Sequence record: LC768500.1
Origin: Klebsiella phage phiKp_32
DNA: 64,000 bases
Strand: one strand, 5' to 3'
In this document: piece after piece, positions 47,866 to 57,510 of the stretch
Position numbering within the stretch: position 1 is the first letter of the stretch
Layout: every line of letters begins with the position of its first letter
The notes under the pieces: generated by a model
What the model saw: only the letters and a program-made list of their open reading frames with translations
Told to the model about the DNA's origin: nothing
Database searches by the model: none
Position numbers and translations under genes: made by a program

Positions 47866-48438
47866 ATGGAAATTCGTAAAGATATGATCAATGAAATCGC
47901 CGCTCGTATCATCTCTGGTTGCAACGACGTGGAAGCCAGTGTCCGCGAAAAGCTGCTGCGTAATTTGGTTAATGGTGAGATCTGGCAGTTCGAGCTCAAT
48001 GAAACTGAGCAAGCGGAACTGATCGCGATCGTAAGCAAAGAGTTCGGTATTTCCGATCTGGTCTACGTCGAACCGCAGAAAAACATTTCTGAAGAAGATG
48101 TCGCCAAAGTCGCTGCCAGTGTTAACGGGCATGTCGAACACAAATATCTGAATCTGCGAAATGCGATGGCAGTCGGCGCAGTACTCGGTGCTGGTGCGGC
48201 CATCTTAAAAGAAGGTGCGAACGCAATTAATGCCGGTGCTGGTGTGGTCGGCGCTGCTGTTTCTTACGGCGTGGGTTATCTGGCTGACAAGAAACATATC
48301 GGTATGGGTAATCAGTACGCTGATGTCGCGGCAGGCATTGTTGCCGGTGGCGTTATCGGTGGCGGCGCAGTATTTGGCGCGGGCTTTGTCGCCAAACGTT
48401 TCTTCAGCGATGAAGAAGTTGAAGTTGTTGCAGAGTAA
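47866..48438 (+). CDS. glycine-zipper membrane protein, paralog 1 (soluble N-domain plus Gly/Ala-rich C-terminal helices)
   Basis: C-terminal 90 aa are GxxxG/AxxxG repeats (AVGAVLGAGAAIL...GAGVVGAAVSYGVGYL...AAGIVAGGVIGGGAVFGAGFV). Host-optimal codons. RBS is AAAGAGG. Confidence 0.5.
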   Translation: MEIRKDMINEIAARIISGCNDVEASVREKLLRNLVNGEIWQFELNETEQAELIAIVSKEFGISDLVYVEPQKNISEEDVAKVAASVNGHVEHKYLNLRNAMAVGAVLGAGAAILKEGANAINAGAGVVGAAVSYGVGYLADKKHIGMGNQYADVAAGIVAGGVIGGGAVFGAGFVAKRFFSDEEVEVVAE

Positions 48439-48501
48439 TAAACGCATCTGAAATATCCGATGCATCTTAAATTAAACTATCAATAGTAAGGAAATACGAT
48501 C

Positions 48502-48894
48502 ATGAAAAAAGAAAACATTGAACTGACTGGCACTGAACTCGACGAAGCTAAAGCGATGCTGGCTGTTGATGCAGAAACTTCTCTGTTCGACGATATCTGT
48601 GAAAAACTCGGTGGCTACGTAGCTACCGACAAACAGAAAAGCCACGTGAAAGCCGCAGTGATCGGTGGTGTTATCGGCACCGCTCTGAGCATGGCGAGCA
48701 AACCATCTGTCGGCACGCTGATCGGTGGCGTGGTTGGTACCGCAGGTGGCGCTTATGTGGGTAGTCGTATCGCTGATGATCTGAGCAATCAGTTCATTGA
48801 CAAACTGCTCACCGCTGAAATTGGCTTCGTGTGTAGCGCTATCGGCGCATCCATCGGCGGGGCATTAACCCCGAGCAAAGTCGAAGCGGACTAA
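48502..48894 (+). CDS. glycine-zipper membrane protein, paralog 2
   Basis: Gly-zipper repeats: VIGGVIGTALSMA...LIGGVVGTAGGAYVGS...IGFVCSAIGASIGGAL. Confidence 0.5.
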   Translation: MKKENIELTGTELDEAKAMLAVDAETSLFDDICEKLGGYVATDKQKSHVKAAVIGGVIGTALSMASKPSVGTLIGGVVGTAGGAYVGSRIADDLSNQFIDKLLTAEIGFVCSAIGASIGGALTPSKVEAD

Positions 48895-48962
48895 ATCATC
48901 CAGTTCGTTCCACTACCGTTAAATTTTAGGCAACTCAACATCAAAACGTAAGAGGTAATATC

Positions 48963-49358
48963 ATGGATATGGCAAACAAACCTGCAGTTAACAAAGCTGC
49001 CTTGTCAGAAGAAGAAATTCTGAAAATGCTGGCTGGTCACAAATCCACCGATGCTAACTATCGGGTTGGTCGCATTGCTGGTGTGCTGGGCGCAGTTGTC
49101 GCCGGTGCGCATCGGACCGTCACCAATGGGGTTAAACCATCTACGGTGGTAGGTACAGTGGTAGGTGGATTGGTTGGATATAAAACGGGTAAAATGGCAG
49201 ACGGTTTCAGCGGGCTGACCGGAAGTCATTCACCGATTGCAGACGTCGGTGCATTCACAGCAGGGTACGGCGTGGCGCTGGGAATGAGCGCCCTGGCGGG
49301 TACGTTTGATCAGTACATCACACCGCTGTACGAATCAGAAGAAGAAACCGAAGAATAA
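48963..49358 (+). CDS. glycine-zipper membrane protein, paralog 3
   Basis: Gly-zipper repeats: IAGVLGAVVAGA...VVGTVVGGLVGYKTG...GAFTAGYGVALGMSALAG. Acidic C-terminus EEETEE. Confidence 0.5.
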   Translation: MDMANKPAVNKAALSEEEILKMLAGHKSTDANYRVGRIAGVLGAVVAGAHRTVTNGVKPSTVVGTVVGGLVGYKTGKMADGFSGLTGSHSPIADVGAFTAGYGVALGMSALAGTFDQYITPLYESEEETEE

Positions 49359-49364
49359 GAAAGT

Positions 49365-49417
49365 TAACTCCTCTACCCGTAAGGGTAGAGGAGTTACTTA
49401 ATTACTTATTTTTTTTA
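49365..49417. terminator. bidirectional terminator between convergent genes
   Basis: 14-bp stem TAACTCCTCTACCC-GTAA-GGGTAGAGGAGTTA. T tracts on both strands. Confidence 0.65.
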
Positions 49418-52378
49418 CTCTGGAAGGGTGTCATCAACTTGGAAGTCGTCTTTCTTATTGCTGTCTTCTTCTGTCTCTGTTTCTTCCTCGGTTTGGTTTT
49501 CTTCTTTGGAAGTATCTGTTCCCGTCTCTTCTTCCTCGGTCGTTCCACCTTCCCCAGGCAAATCTTCCTCTATTGAGAAATCGTCGTCTGTCTGAGTTCC
49601 CTCTTCAGGGGTACCCTCATCAGCAGGTTGGGCGCCGAACTCATTCGCCGGAGGCTGTTCCGCAGGCATAATCTTTTCCAAACGTTTAGCCAGGCGATCG
49701 GTCTCTTTATTCCAGACCTTCATGAACTGTTCTAAGAACATTCCACTGTTGTCTACGTACTGAGATATGTTGTGGATTAACGAATAGATCCCACCTTCTT
49801 TACCCTTGTTACCGATAAGATCGAACGGCATAGGGAGGTTGAATCGATCATAGAGCTCGATCAGATAAGTGCTGCGAATAATGGATTTAGCTTTCTCAAT
49901 ATCCAGACCGCCGTTAGCGTCAACCTTGTTCATGATCATTTCAATCAGGCCCGACGTACCTGACATTTCAACCCACGAGTTTACAAACTGATTGACCGTA
50001 TCGATTTTATCTTTCAGTTTGGTTACTGATTCCTGAGTAGCCGGAGTCGGTAAGGTCACGGTGAGGTTGTTGATAAAGTCAGCCAGGATAACTTCAACGA
50101 TGTGCTCGTTAGTTCCCTCTATCTCTTCGCCGTTATCAGGTTTCCACAACGATTTGTTCTCGTTAATGGTGTCGACCAAACGATTCAACATAACCTGGTT
50201 AACCAACATATCCTTACGTTCGATCTCAGCAACAAAGTCACCCAATACCTTCTGCCAGATCAATGTTTGGTTGCGGAGCATTTCCTGCTCGGCCAATGCT
50301 TCGACCTGGAAGTTGGTTCCTTCTTCTTTATCGTCCAACCAAGTACGTTGGAGCTTAAAGGTGGAGGCGATGTTGTTGAGGAGGTTCTGTCTGGAGGTTT
50401 CGTCAATAGCTTTGAAGTTACCGCGTTCAACCGGTTCCAGAGTTATCTTGGGCCCGACCATCCACGGGTTACCGTTACTATTAACCTCAACGATCAGGGA
50501 TTGGGTCTTCATTGCTTCAACAATGTCGGGTACTGAAACAGTGCCCGAGTTTACTACGTTGTGAAGCGTTGGGTTCACCCTGAAGAACTGCGCCCTGGCC
50601 GTAGCAATCGTGCCATCCGGATCAACGTCATCTTCTTCCAGATCAACCACTAAACGCTGACGAGTTTGAGCTTGATCCAAGTTAGCCAGAATATCAGCAG
50701 TATCTAACGCTGCCAAACGTCCGATATGGAGTTTAGCCTGGTTAGTTAAAGAAGAGCCAATACCAAAGCTATTATAGTCAAACGCGACGTAGGTAAAGTA
50801 TTCGGCCGGAATGTAAAGCACCCGAACACCCTGCTGCTTGAAAGAACGAGCCAGGAAGATCTTCAGGTTAGCTTCAACCAATTCGACAGAAATATTTTTC
50901 CCGCTCACGCCAGAAGCAATTGCCTGGATAAGGGACTTCTCTATTTGATCTTTCGATAACAGGGCGAATTCTGACATATCGAAGTCACAATCAGCACCTT
51001 GCTGAACTTTCTTCAAATTAGCGATAAGTGCGTTAGTCCCACCCGTTTTATTGGGGGTATCGATTTTATCTTTCTGTCCCTTAGAGGACTGATAGAAGTT
51101 AAAGTCCCTCGTGCTTTTTAAGAACTCCCCATTTGACGGATCGAGTAGGGCAAAACCACCGATCAATTTAGTTCGGTCGCCTTCCATATGAACAGGAATA
51201 AACGCTTCACTTGGGATATGATACCGCAAAGGTATTCCATAAACAGAAGTGTCGTAAACCCCAGGACTCCGAATACTAATGGTCTGCCGATGCGGATAGC
51301 TTCGATGCGGATAAATTTCGTTTTGAAGGACTTCTAGCTGGCTCTCTGGCAAAACCTGAGTTTTAGTATCAGCGTTAGGGGTCCCGTTCTTACGTTTAGC
51401 CTTAGAGTCGTCAGGCTCTTTATTCGACTTCTTAGGATCTTGTTTCTTATCCTTGGTTGCCGCGGCCTCTTCTTCCTCTCCCTCGCCTTTTTTCTCTAGC
51501 CGAGATTTAATAAGGGAAGCAAGATCTTCCGTCCCACCAATGTCGTTAACGATCTTCTTCGTTAAAACCTGATTTACGGAACGAAGCGCTAACACCGCTG
51601 GGTTATCGGTTAGTGTGATGCCAAAACCTTCTCCTTCGTCATTCTCGATTAATTCGAACTCAGTAGAGGTGTCTGGCGTGGTGTGGCTAAACAAAGCCTC
51701 TAACCCATGAACCACGTTATTGAGCTGCTTAGGTCCCCTCACCAATCCTTTGTTGATGGCGAGAAACTTACCGTCGACATTTTTAAATTGCTTCTCAATC
51801 TCTGGTTTTATCTGAGCGTTAATGTAACTTTCGTTACCTGTCACTCCGTCTTCTCCAAACTGCTGACCGTTGATAAGGTGATCCAGCGCAGGTCTAGAGA
51901 TGTTCAAAAGCACGTAGGATCCTGTACCGAATAACCCGTCTTTGATGAACTCCGGTAACAGCTTCTCGATTTTATAGTCGCTGGTATAGTAGGTTTCCGT
52001 CTTACGGAGCAACTCTTCATGCAGCTTAGTATTTTTAAATTGAGACCGCAAAGTATCGTGAGTAAGGATCCTTTCCTGTAATCCGTTCGGGTAGAGGAGA
52101 AGCGTCTTCCAGATTAATTCCGCCCGCGAAACATAAGGTGTGATTTCCCTTAAGTCAGTTGCCGCATTGATATTGCTGGCAATGATATCGCTGATCTTTT
52201 TTAATTTGGAAGGTTGGACTTTACGTTCTTTCTCATCCGTATTTCTGGTATGATCTCTCTCGTCCCGAACGAGGTTCCGAACGACGCTTTTTAACGAGGG
52301 GCTGATATTGTTTAAATTACCCCTGAGTTTGGTTTGATCGAGGTAATCATATCCTCGGGTTGAACGCGTTCTATTCAT
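49415..52378 (-). CDS. large virion-type protein (987 aa) with disordered K/E-rich internal segment and strongly acidic C-terminal tail; portal protein candidate
   Basis: Long ORF. C-terminal 70 aa are D/E/T-rich (EEGTQTDDDFSIEEDLPGEGGTTEEEETGTDTSKEENQTEEETETEEDSNKKDDFQVDD). No NTPase motifs. Confidence 0.4.
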   Translation of the reverse strand: MNRTRSTRGYDYLDQTKLRGNLNNISPSLKSVVRNLVRDERDHTRNTDEKERKVQPSKLKKISDIIASNINAATDLREITPYVSRAELIWKTLLLYPNGLQERILTHDTLRSQFKNTKLHEELLRKTETYYTSDYKIEKLLPEFIKDGLFGTGSYVLLNISRPALDHLINGQQFGEDGVTGNESYINAQIKPEIEKQFKNVDGKFLAINKGLVRGPKQLNNVVHGLEALFSHTTPDTSTEFELIENDEGEGFGITLTDNPAVLALRSVNQVLTKKIVNDIGGTEDLASLIKSRLEKKGEGEEEEAAATKDKKQDPKKSNKEPDDSKAKRKNGTPNADTKTQVLPESQLEVLQNEIYPHRSYPHRQTISIRSPGVYDTSVYGIPLRYHIPSEAFIPVHMEGDRTKLIGGFALLDPSNGEFLKSTRDFNFYQSSKGQKDKIDTPNKTGGTNALIANLKKVQQGADCDFDMSEFALLSKDQIEKSLIQAIASGVSGKNISVELVEANLKIFLARSFKQQGVRVLYIPAEYFTYVAFDYNSFGIGSSLTNQAKLHIGRLAALDTADILANLDQAQTRQRLVVDLEEDDVDPDGTIATARAQFFRVNPTLHNVVNSGTVSVPDIVEAMKTQSLIVEVNSNGNPWMVGPKITLEPVERGNFKAIDETSRQNLLNNIASTFKLQRTWLDDKEEGTNFQVEALAEQEMLRNQTLIWQKVLGDFVAEIERKDMLVNQVMLNRLVDTINENKSLWKPDNGEEIEGTNEHIVEVILADFINNLTVTLPTPATQESVTKLKDKIDTVNQFVNSWVEMSGTSGLIEMIMNKVDANGGLDIEKAKSIIRSTYLIELYDRFNLPMPFDLIGNKGKEGGIYSLIHNISQYVDNSGMFLEQFMKVWNKETDRLAKRLEKIMPAEQPPANEFGAQPADEGTPEEGTQTDDDFSIEEDLPGEGGTTEEEETGTDTSKEENQTEEETETEEDSNKKDDFQVDDTLPE

Positions 52379-52403
52379 AAATGTAGACTCTTAGAGAAGA
52401 CTC

Positions 52404-54491
52404 ATGGAAAATATTGATTTTAATGCGTATGTGGCGGATACGATAAGTTTGGTCAGAACCATGGTCGTCAAATGTGAAGCCATAGCGACTATAGATAACT
52501 CGTTGCTGACCTCCGCTGGTTACCCCGTTAGTGACGATAAACGCACTTGGCGGTACTACCTTAACTTAAACGGCCAATATCACGCTGCTGATGTAAAGAT
52601 GTACGTGTCCTCACTGGATACGGGTGAAGAGATTCTTTTTAGTAAAGAATCGTTAGAAGAACACCTTATTACTAAAAAGGCGTATCTTTCTTCCGGTTAT
52701 TGGTATAACCGATTGGTAACTGATTATCCCGCGCAACGAGAGCTAATAAATGGGATATTGGATCCTATCGCGTTAGATGACGCCATTGGAGCCAAGAACT
52801 ATAAAATCCTTCGGTATAACGAAGACTTAGTTTTGTGGAATGAAGATCAGGTTATTCCGAGACTCCAGGATTGGATTGACGCGTTCTGCCATCAGCATTT
52901 CGGGACAGAATACTTTTACACAGATAACTTAATGCTCCCAGTAGTATTGGCTACGCTGTACGGATTAATGCCAGGGGCGTTAATGACGATCCGTGAAGAA
53001 GCCATAGGAACGAGGTACGTCCACGACTTCCATATCTGGGGGCGGTTAAATTCCTACGGTGATTTCACTCAGTATAAAAATGTGCTGAATGGGGTTCAGA
53101 CTCTTTGGCTTTATCGCAATATTGAATGGTTGGCGGATAATGCCGGGAAGAACTACACACTCGGCTTGCTCATTCAAAATCTGCTGACGGTAAGAGGGAT
53201 ACCTATCGCTGAGTTCGAGGTAACCTACAATACTGAAAATCAAATTGAAGATCTATCTCCAACGGTCGCCTTCATTAAGAACAACTTAAACTTACTCGAT
53301 CGATATACCGACAAGCACAAAATTTATACTGCGGAAGAAATCATCGATAAAGAATCTCTTTTGGCTAAAGATAATCCGGCTCAACAAGAAATATATCTGG
53401 ATGACATCAAAGCCAAGGGTAAGTTCGCGTTATTCTCCAGCATCCCGTCCAAGTTACTGGAATCGGAAATGGAGGACTATACCACTCGTCACGCTATTAC
53501 GCTGATGAACTCCGCATATCACCATTGGGTTTATCTTGTCAAGAACGGTTATTACAACGCTGTTATTGACGTCCCTAACCCTAAAGAGGCGACTACCTTC
53601 AGATTGACCGTTAAAGAAGGCTTGATACTCTGGACGTATCTGACCAGAAGGATACGTGGCGAAGATCTCTCTTTAATGGAAGGTGTTTTTTATCAGAACG
53701 TATTAAAGATCACCCCGCCCACTTATTCCGAGTTAAGGGAAAAGGGTTCAAATTCCTTTTTATACGATTACCAGATAAAAGATGCCATCGAACTTCACGT
53801 CCCGTACGAAAAGATAATTTCTACTGATGCTTTTTATCAAAAAGCAAAAGAGAATTATTTGCTGGCTTGGAAATACCAAAAGTTCTACGCTCAGTACCAC
53901 GATCAGTTCCGTCAAGCGGTAGTTAAAAACGTAACGGACTCTTTCTTTGAGCGGGGCAAATGGGATATCAAAAGTGAAGTAACCTCTTTTGATACCTGGC
54001 TGGCTAACAAGGAATTGGATTTCTCTAATTATACTGACGATGAGTTATTAGGGCTGGCTTGGGATACGTTCTCGTTAGCAACTGGCTGGGATAGTTCAAA
54101 CGTAACGTTACGCACGCTGCAATCTAGTCTTATTAAACTGATGTTGGAACTTTCTAGTTACACCATCCACGTTTACACGACTATTGACGACGGTAATAAT
54201 ACTATTGAAGCAGGGTCCCGCATAGATTTGGGGATCCGTAAGGATTCCTTCACCTCTACTATGGATGGTAGGGCGGTTCTGCTTCCGGCCATGTTGCACG
54301 TCGTACCTAATATCGACATGAAGGGCAAAACAACATCCATCGTTGATTTTAATACTTACGGTGGTGTTGACACGGGGTCTGTTGGCGAAGCCACGTTGCC
54401 TCTCGATCCCGAGTTAGTAGAGAATACAACAAGGAAATCCTCTTCCTACGGATTACTCCCCATGTTCTTTACACTCACTAACTCGGAATGA
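52404..54491 (+). CDS. hypothetical protein (695 aa); possible tail sheath protein
   Basis: The sheath assignment rests only on the length and on position upstream of a 301-aa protein and of the tail-fiber cluster. Confidence 0.3.
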   Translation: MENIDFNAYVADTISLVRTMVVKCEAIATIDNSLLTSAGYPVSDDKRTWRYYLNLNGQYHAADVKMYVSSLDTGEEILFSKESLEEHLITKKAYLSSGYWYNRLVTDYPAQRELINGILDPIALDDAIGAKNYKILRYNEDLVLWNEDQVIPRLQDWIDAFCHQHFGTEYFYTDNLMLPVVLATLYGLMPGALMTIREEAIGTRYVHDFHIWGRLNSYGDFTQYKNVLNGVQTLWLYRNIEWLADNAGKNYTLGLLIQNLLTVRGIPIAEFEVTYNTENQIEDLSPTVAFIKNNLNLLDRYTDKHKIYTAEEIIDKESLLAKDNPAQQEIYLDDIKAKGKFALFSSIPSKLLESEMEDYTTRHAITLMNSAYHHWVYLVKNGYYNAVIDVPNPKEATTFRLTVKEGLILWTYLTRRIRGEDLSLMEGVFYQNVLKITPPTYSELREKGSNSFLYDYQIKDAIELHVPYEKIISTDAFYQKAKENYLLAWKYQKFYAQYHDQFRQAVVKNVTDSFFERGKWDIKSEVTSFDTWLANKELDFSNYTDDELLGLAWDTFSLATGWDSSNVTLRTLQSSLIKLMLELSSYTIHVYTTIDDGNNTIEAGSRIDLGIRKDSFTSTMDGRAVLLPAMLHVVPNIDMKGKTTSIVDFNTYGGVDTGSVGEATLPLDPELVENTTRKSSSYGLLPMFFTLTNSE

Positions 54492-54904
54492 TAAAAATGA
54501 CTAATACACAGCAATGGCCTATCAATCTCGTTAAAAACGAATACTTCAAAGACAACGGAATACGTGGAGAAAGATTGCAGCAACTCATCTCCTTTATTCC
54601 GTTAGGCAGGACAGAAGAAGGCAATTATCTTTATGAGGTCACCAAATCAGGAAGCTGTCCGAATACTGAACAGTGGGAATTAGAACGATACGATCTTTCT
54701 TTTATCTCAAGAAAACATCTGATAAGTGATAGCGAAACCGTAAATCATTTGAACATGCTAATCCCTTTTATTAGTAAGGCGACGGGTTATCACTTATTAC
54801 CGGGTGACATCGGTGGCGTGACCTTTCATAAAACATACTGGATTATCGACGTAGCGAAAGACTCGTTGAGATTCACCGGCTCTTTCTCAATCATGAAGAA
54901 ATAA
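54488..54904 (+). CDS. hypothetical protein
   Basis: ATGA overlap with the upstream gene. The alternative ATG at 54497 is equally possible. Confidence 0.4.
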   Translation: MIKMTNTQQWPINLVKNEYFKDNGIRGERLQQLISFIPLGRTEEGNYLYEVTKSGSCPNTEQWELERYDLSFISRKHLISDSETVNHLNMLIPFISKATGYHLLPGDIGGVTFHKTYWIIDVAKDSLRFTGSFSIMKK

Positions 54905-54915
54905 GGATTTATTCA

Positions 54916-55821
54916 ATGGCAACTGACACTCAACAATCTTCCAACTCCAGACTGCCCAGTCAGATTGTTACCGCAACAGCATTTGGTGTGAAGATCGCGA
55001 TCGCCGCTATTACCAAACAAAACGTGGAAGTCGAACAATACACCACGCTCAACGAAATACATTCCGTCCTGGCTGATGAAAGTTTGGGTGTGAAAGCCGG
55101 TTCTGACTTTACCCTGAAGTATTATGGGTTAGGCGTTAAGGGTTCTCAGTTCATTGGTAACGACGCCAACGGCATTGCCCGTATGTTGGTTAACCAACAT
55201 CAGCCGATCGACTGTAACGCGTTCTATCCCATTCCGCTTGTCGTAAGAGAGCTCTCCGACGACCTCACCGCGGATCAACGTGCTAACTACCGTATGCGTG
55301 TTGTTTTTACTAAAGATAGTGTGACTTACGTCGCTTACTATCTGCGGGTTATCAGTTTTGCGGCGTTCAGTCCGTCGATTGTAAAAATCACGAAGGATCC
55401 TACAACGGGTAACGAAGATCCTGATGTTTACGTTCCGACCTCTGACTATCAGCACCCGACTCCGATCACGCCTAATAGCGACGGTACCGTTCCGCTTTCC
55501 AATCAGTATGTTTCGGCAACGGGTAAACTGGATCTCAGTATCGATGCGTCAGGGCTGGCTGAACTTCGCAACGCCTGTTCAATTATGTTCGGCGATGAGT
55601 CTTACGCCGCTCCAAACGAATATTACGTTTGCACCGGTATCGATACCCCGAGCTCTGGTCAGACGTCCGGTTCCATTAATGTTTCCTATACAGAAGCTGT
55701 CAGCGCAATCATCGCTTACTTCATTACGGAAACTCATCCTCGCGATGCTAATGCGAACGGCGCAATTGAAATGTTCTTTGATATCGGAGCAAGCGCCCCG
55801 TTGTTGCTGGCTTCTAGCTAA
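54916..55821 (+). CDS. hypothetical protein (301 aa); possible tail tube protein
   Basis: Assignment rests on position after the sheath candidate and on moderately host-optimised codons. No motif. Confidence 0.3.
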   Translation: MATDTQQSSNSRLPSQIVTATAFGVKIAIAAITKQNVEVEQYTTLNEIHSVLADESLGVKAGSDFTLKYYGLGVKGSQFIGNDANGIARMLVNQHQPIDCNAFYPIPLVVRELSDDLTADQRANYRMRVVFTKDSVTYVAYYLRVISFAAFSPSIVKITKDPTTGNEDPDVYVPTSDYQHPTPITPNSDGTVPLSNQYVSATGKLDLSIDASGLAELRNACSIMFGDESYAAPNEYYVCTGIDTPSSGQTSGSINVSYTEAVSAIIAYFITETHPRDANANGAIEMFFDIGASAPLLLASS

Positions 55822-55832
55822 GGAGAAACATC

Positions 55833-56480
55833 ATGCTCTTTAAAGAGTTATCTCCTACCGGGGGGGTCCTTCAACTCCCTAAGTTAGTCGTCGGTAAACT
55901 ATCCACCGATTACTTTGAGATCATTACCGATTTTTATGAAGTCGTTCTGGATCAAAGTGTTTACAAAGTTTCCCAAGTCTATCTCGGCAGTGACGGCAGG
56001 CCTAAACTCGAACTCGTTCCCAATGAAATCAATGTGTTTAACGACATACTTTATTTCACAGGTAAAGGAGTAACGGGATTAACTTATCAGGATGTCGTTA
56101 CAACTATCGCCAACCCTATGCAGACCGTTGCTGATGCGTTTTTGGATCAGTCCCCTGTTTGGGTTCCCGCTATAGAAGAGCTGAGTTTCCTTTCTAATCT
56201 CGAACTCAATACCCCACGTGACATCTTCACCGTGACCGATCAATATCCCCGTAAACTCGCTAATTTGTTGAGCGGGGGAAGGAATCACGTGAAGTGGGGT
56301 GTGGGGTCTTTGAACGAGTATTCCACCGCGGGATTCTCTTTACTGTATTACGGTGATGTGAGTAACGCACCATCGTCTTACGCTTATCCGCCTGCTGCTA
56401 AAACAATCGCTATTGTTTCGCTTAACTCAGGCAATAACAAAGGAATGGTAATGCTGTGCTCGGACAAAAAGATCGAATAA
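55833..56480 (+). CDS. hypothetical protein
   Basis: ORF with a GGAG RBS. Confidence 0.45.
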   Translation: MLFKELSPTGGVLQLPKLVVGKLSTDYFEIITDFYEVVLDQSVYKVSQVYLGSDGRPKLELVPNEINVFNDILYFTGKGVTGLTYQDVVTTIANPMQTVADAFLDQSPVWVPAIEELSFLSNLELNTPRDIFTVTDQYPRKLANLLSGGRNHVKWGVGSLNEYSTAGFSLLYYGDVSNAPSSYAYPPAAKTIAIVSLNSGNNKGMVMLCSDKKIE

Positions 56481-57055
56481 GAGAAAAAACGATTATTCGG
56501 ATTATCGGGACCGACCCCAGTACAACGCACATGGGTAATGCCGTTATTGACGTCAACATTACGGAAACTCAAAAATTCCAATTACGTTACGTCAATACGG
56601 TTATCGGTGACAAGGTCGATTTTTACGAGAAGCTGAACTACACTGAGAGACCCGTTACCAAACGCACATTGGGGATGTCAAGATCGTATAAGGATCTCTT
56701 AGAGATCTTTGAGCCTGACATCGCTATTTGCGAGGATAACTTCTTAGGGGCTTCTGCGGATACGTATAAACGATTAGTTGAAACCGTCTCTATGTTGCGC
56801 GATACTGTTAAAGAGCACAGTAAATCGCTGTTCTTTATGAGCGTTCTCCCTAATCTTGCTAAGGCTATCGTTGGCGCCAATTTTAAAGGTACTCAAAAAG
56901 AAGACGTGCTGAAGGGTTTAAAGAACTATCCGCACCTAGATCTTAACGGTATCGATCTTGACACCCTCGATGACCACAGCGTTGACAGTATCGTTATCGC
57001 ATTGTATCTTTGTGAAATGGTCGCAAAAGACTATAAGGTATTTCCTCATGACTGA
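56456..57055 (+). CDS. RuvC-like Holliday junction resolvase
   Basis: Matches E. coli RuvC at: IIRIIGTDPS (IILGIDPGSR), AICEDNFLGASADTYKRL (AIEQVFMAKNADSALKLG) and DDHSVDSIVIALYLC (QDAADALAIAITHC). The catalytic D/E/D/D positions are conserved by eye. Confidence 0.55.
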   Translation: MLGQKDRIREKTIIRIIGTDPSTTHMGNAVIDVNITETQKFQLRYVNTVIGDKVDFYEKLNYTERPVTKRTLGMSRSYKDLLEIFEPDIAICEDNFLGASADTYKRLVETVSMLRDTVKEHSKSLFFMSVLPNLAKAIVGANFKGTQKEDVLKGLKNYPHLDLNGIDLDTLDDHSVDSIVIALYLCEMVAKDYKVFPHD

Positions 57056-57449
57056 ACAAAAAGCGCAGGGGGAAGAGGTTACAGAAGAAGATCCGCTGCT
57101 CGAAGTTGAGCATCCTCAGGGATTAGAGGGAAAGGTATTCGGTAAATGGACCGTAAGGTTGCGCAACGTCTGTGGCGTGGTTGCGTGCCTTTCGGTTTGC
57201 TATAATTCCATTAACTACACAGATACCATAAAGAAAGCAGTCCTGGCGGGATACGGTTATCCAGACAGGACGAGCTTAGGGATCGTCTTCATCGGTCCGA
57301 TTATCATCGCCCTTGTTTTCATGAACGCCAGCAAAATCTTGCAGGTTATCATGAAGATTCCTGGTGTGGCGGAAAAGCTGCGCAAAGGAACTATCGGGGT
57401 GCTGACTCGACCTGGAGATAATCCTCCACCGCCTCCACCACAGAAATAA
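57049..57449 (+). CDS. small membrane protein with proline-rich C-terminus (holin candidate)
   Basis: One clear TM segment (LGIVFIGPIIIALVFM) preceded by a weakly hydrophobic Cys-rich stretch. C-terminus is KLRKGTIGVLTRPGDNPPPPPPQK. It converges on the spanin genes. Confidence 0.35.
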
Positions 57450-57455
57450 GAAAGT

Positions 57456-57510
57456 TATACTCCTCCTACCCTAGGGTAGGAGGAGTATATTTATTTTATT
57501 ATTATTTTTG
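57456..57510. terminator. bidirectional terminator (33-nt core identical to 16878..16908)
   Basis: 15-bp stem TATACTCCTCCTACC-CTAG-GGTAGGAGGAGTATA. T tracts on both strands. Confidence 0.7.

Noticed and set aside
50061-50564. Two overlapping plus-strand ORFs (167 and 144 aa)
   Set aside because: They are antisense within the 987-aa minus-strand gene. No start context.
52404-54491. Confident tail sheath call
   Set aside because: It rests only on length (695 aa) and context. No motif was recognised. It is retained as a low-confidence suggestion.
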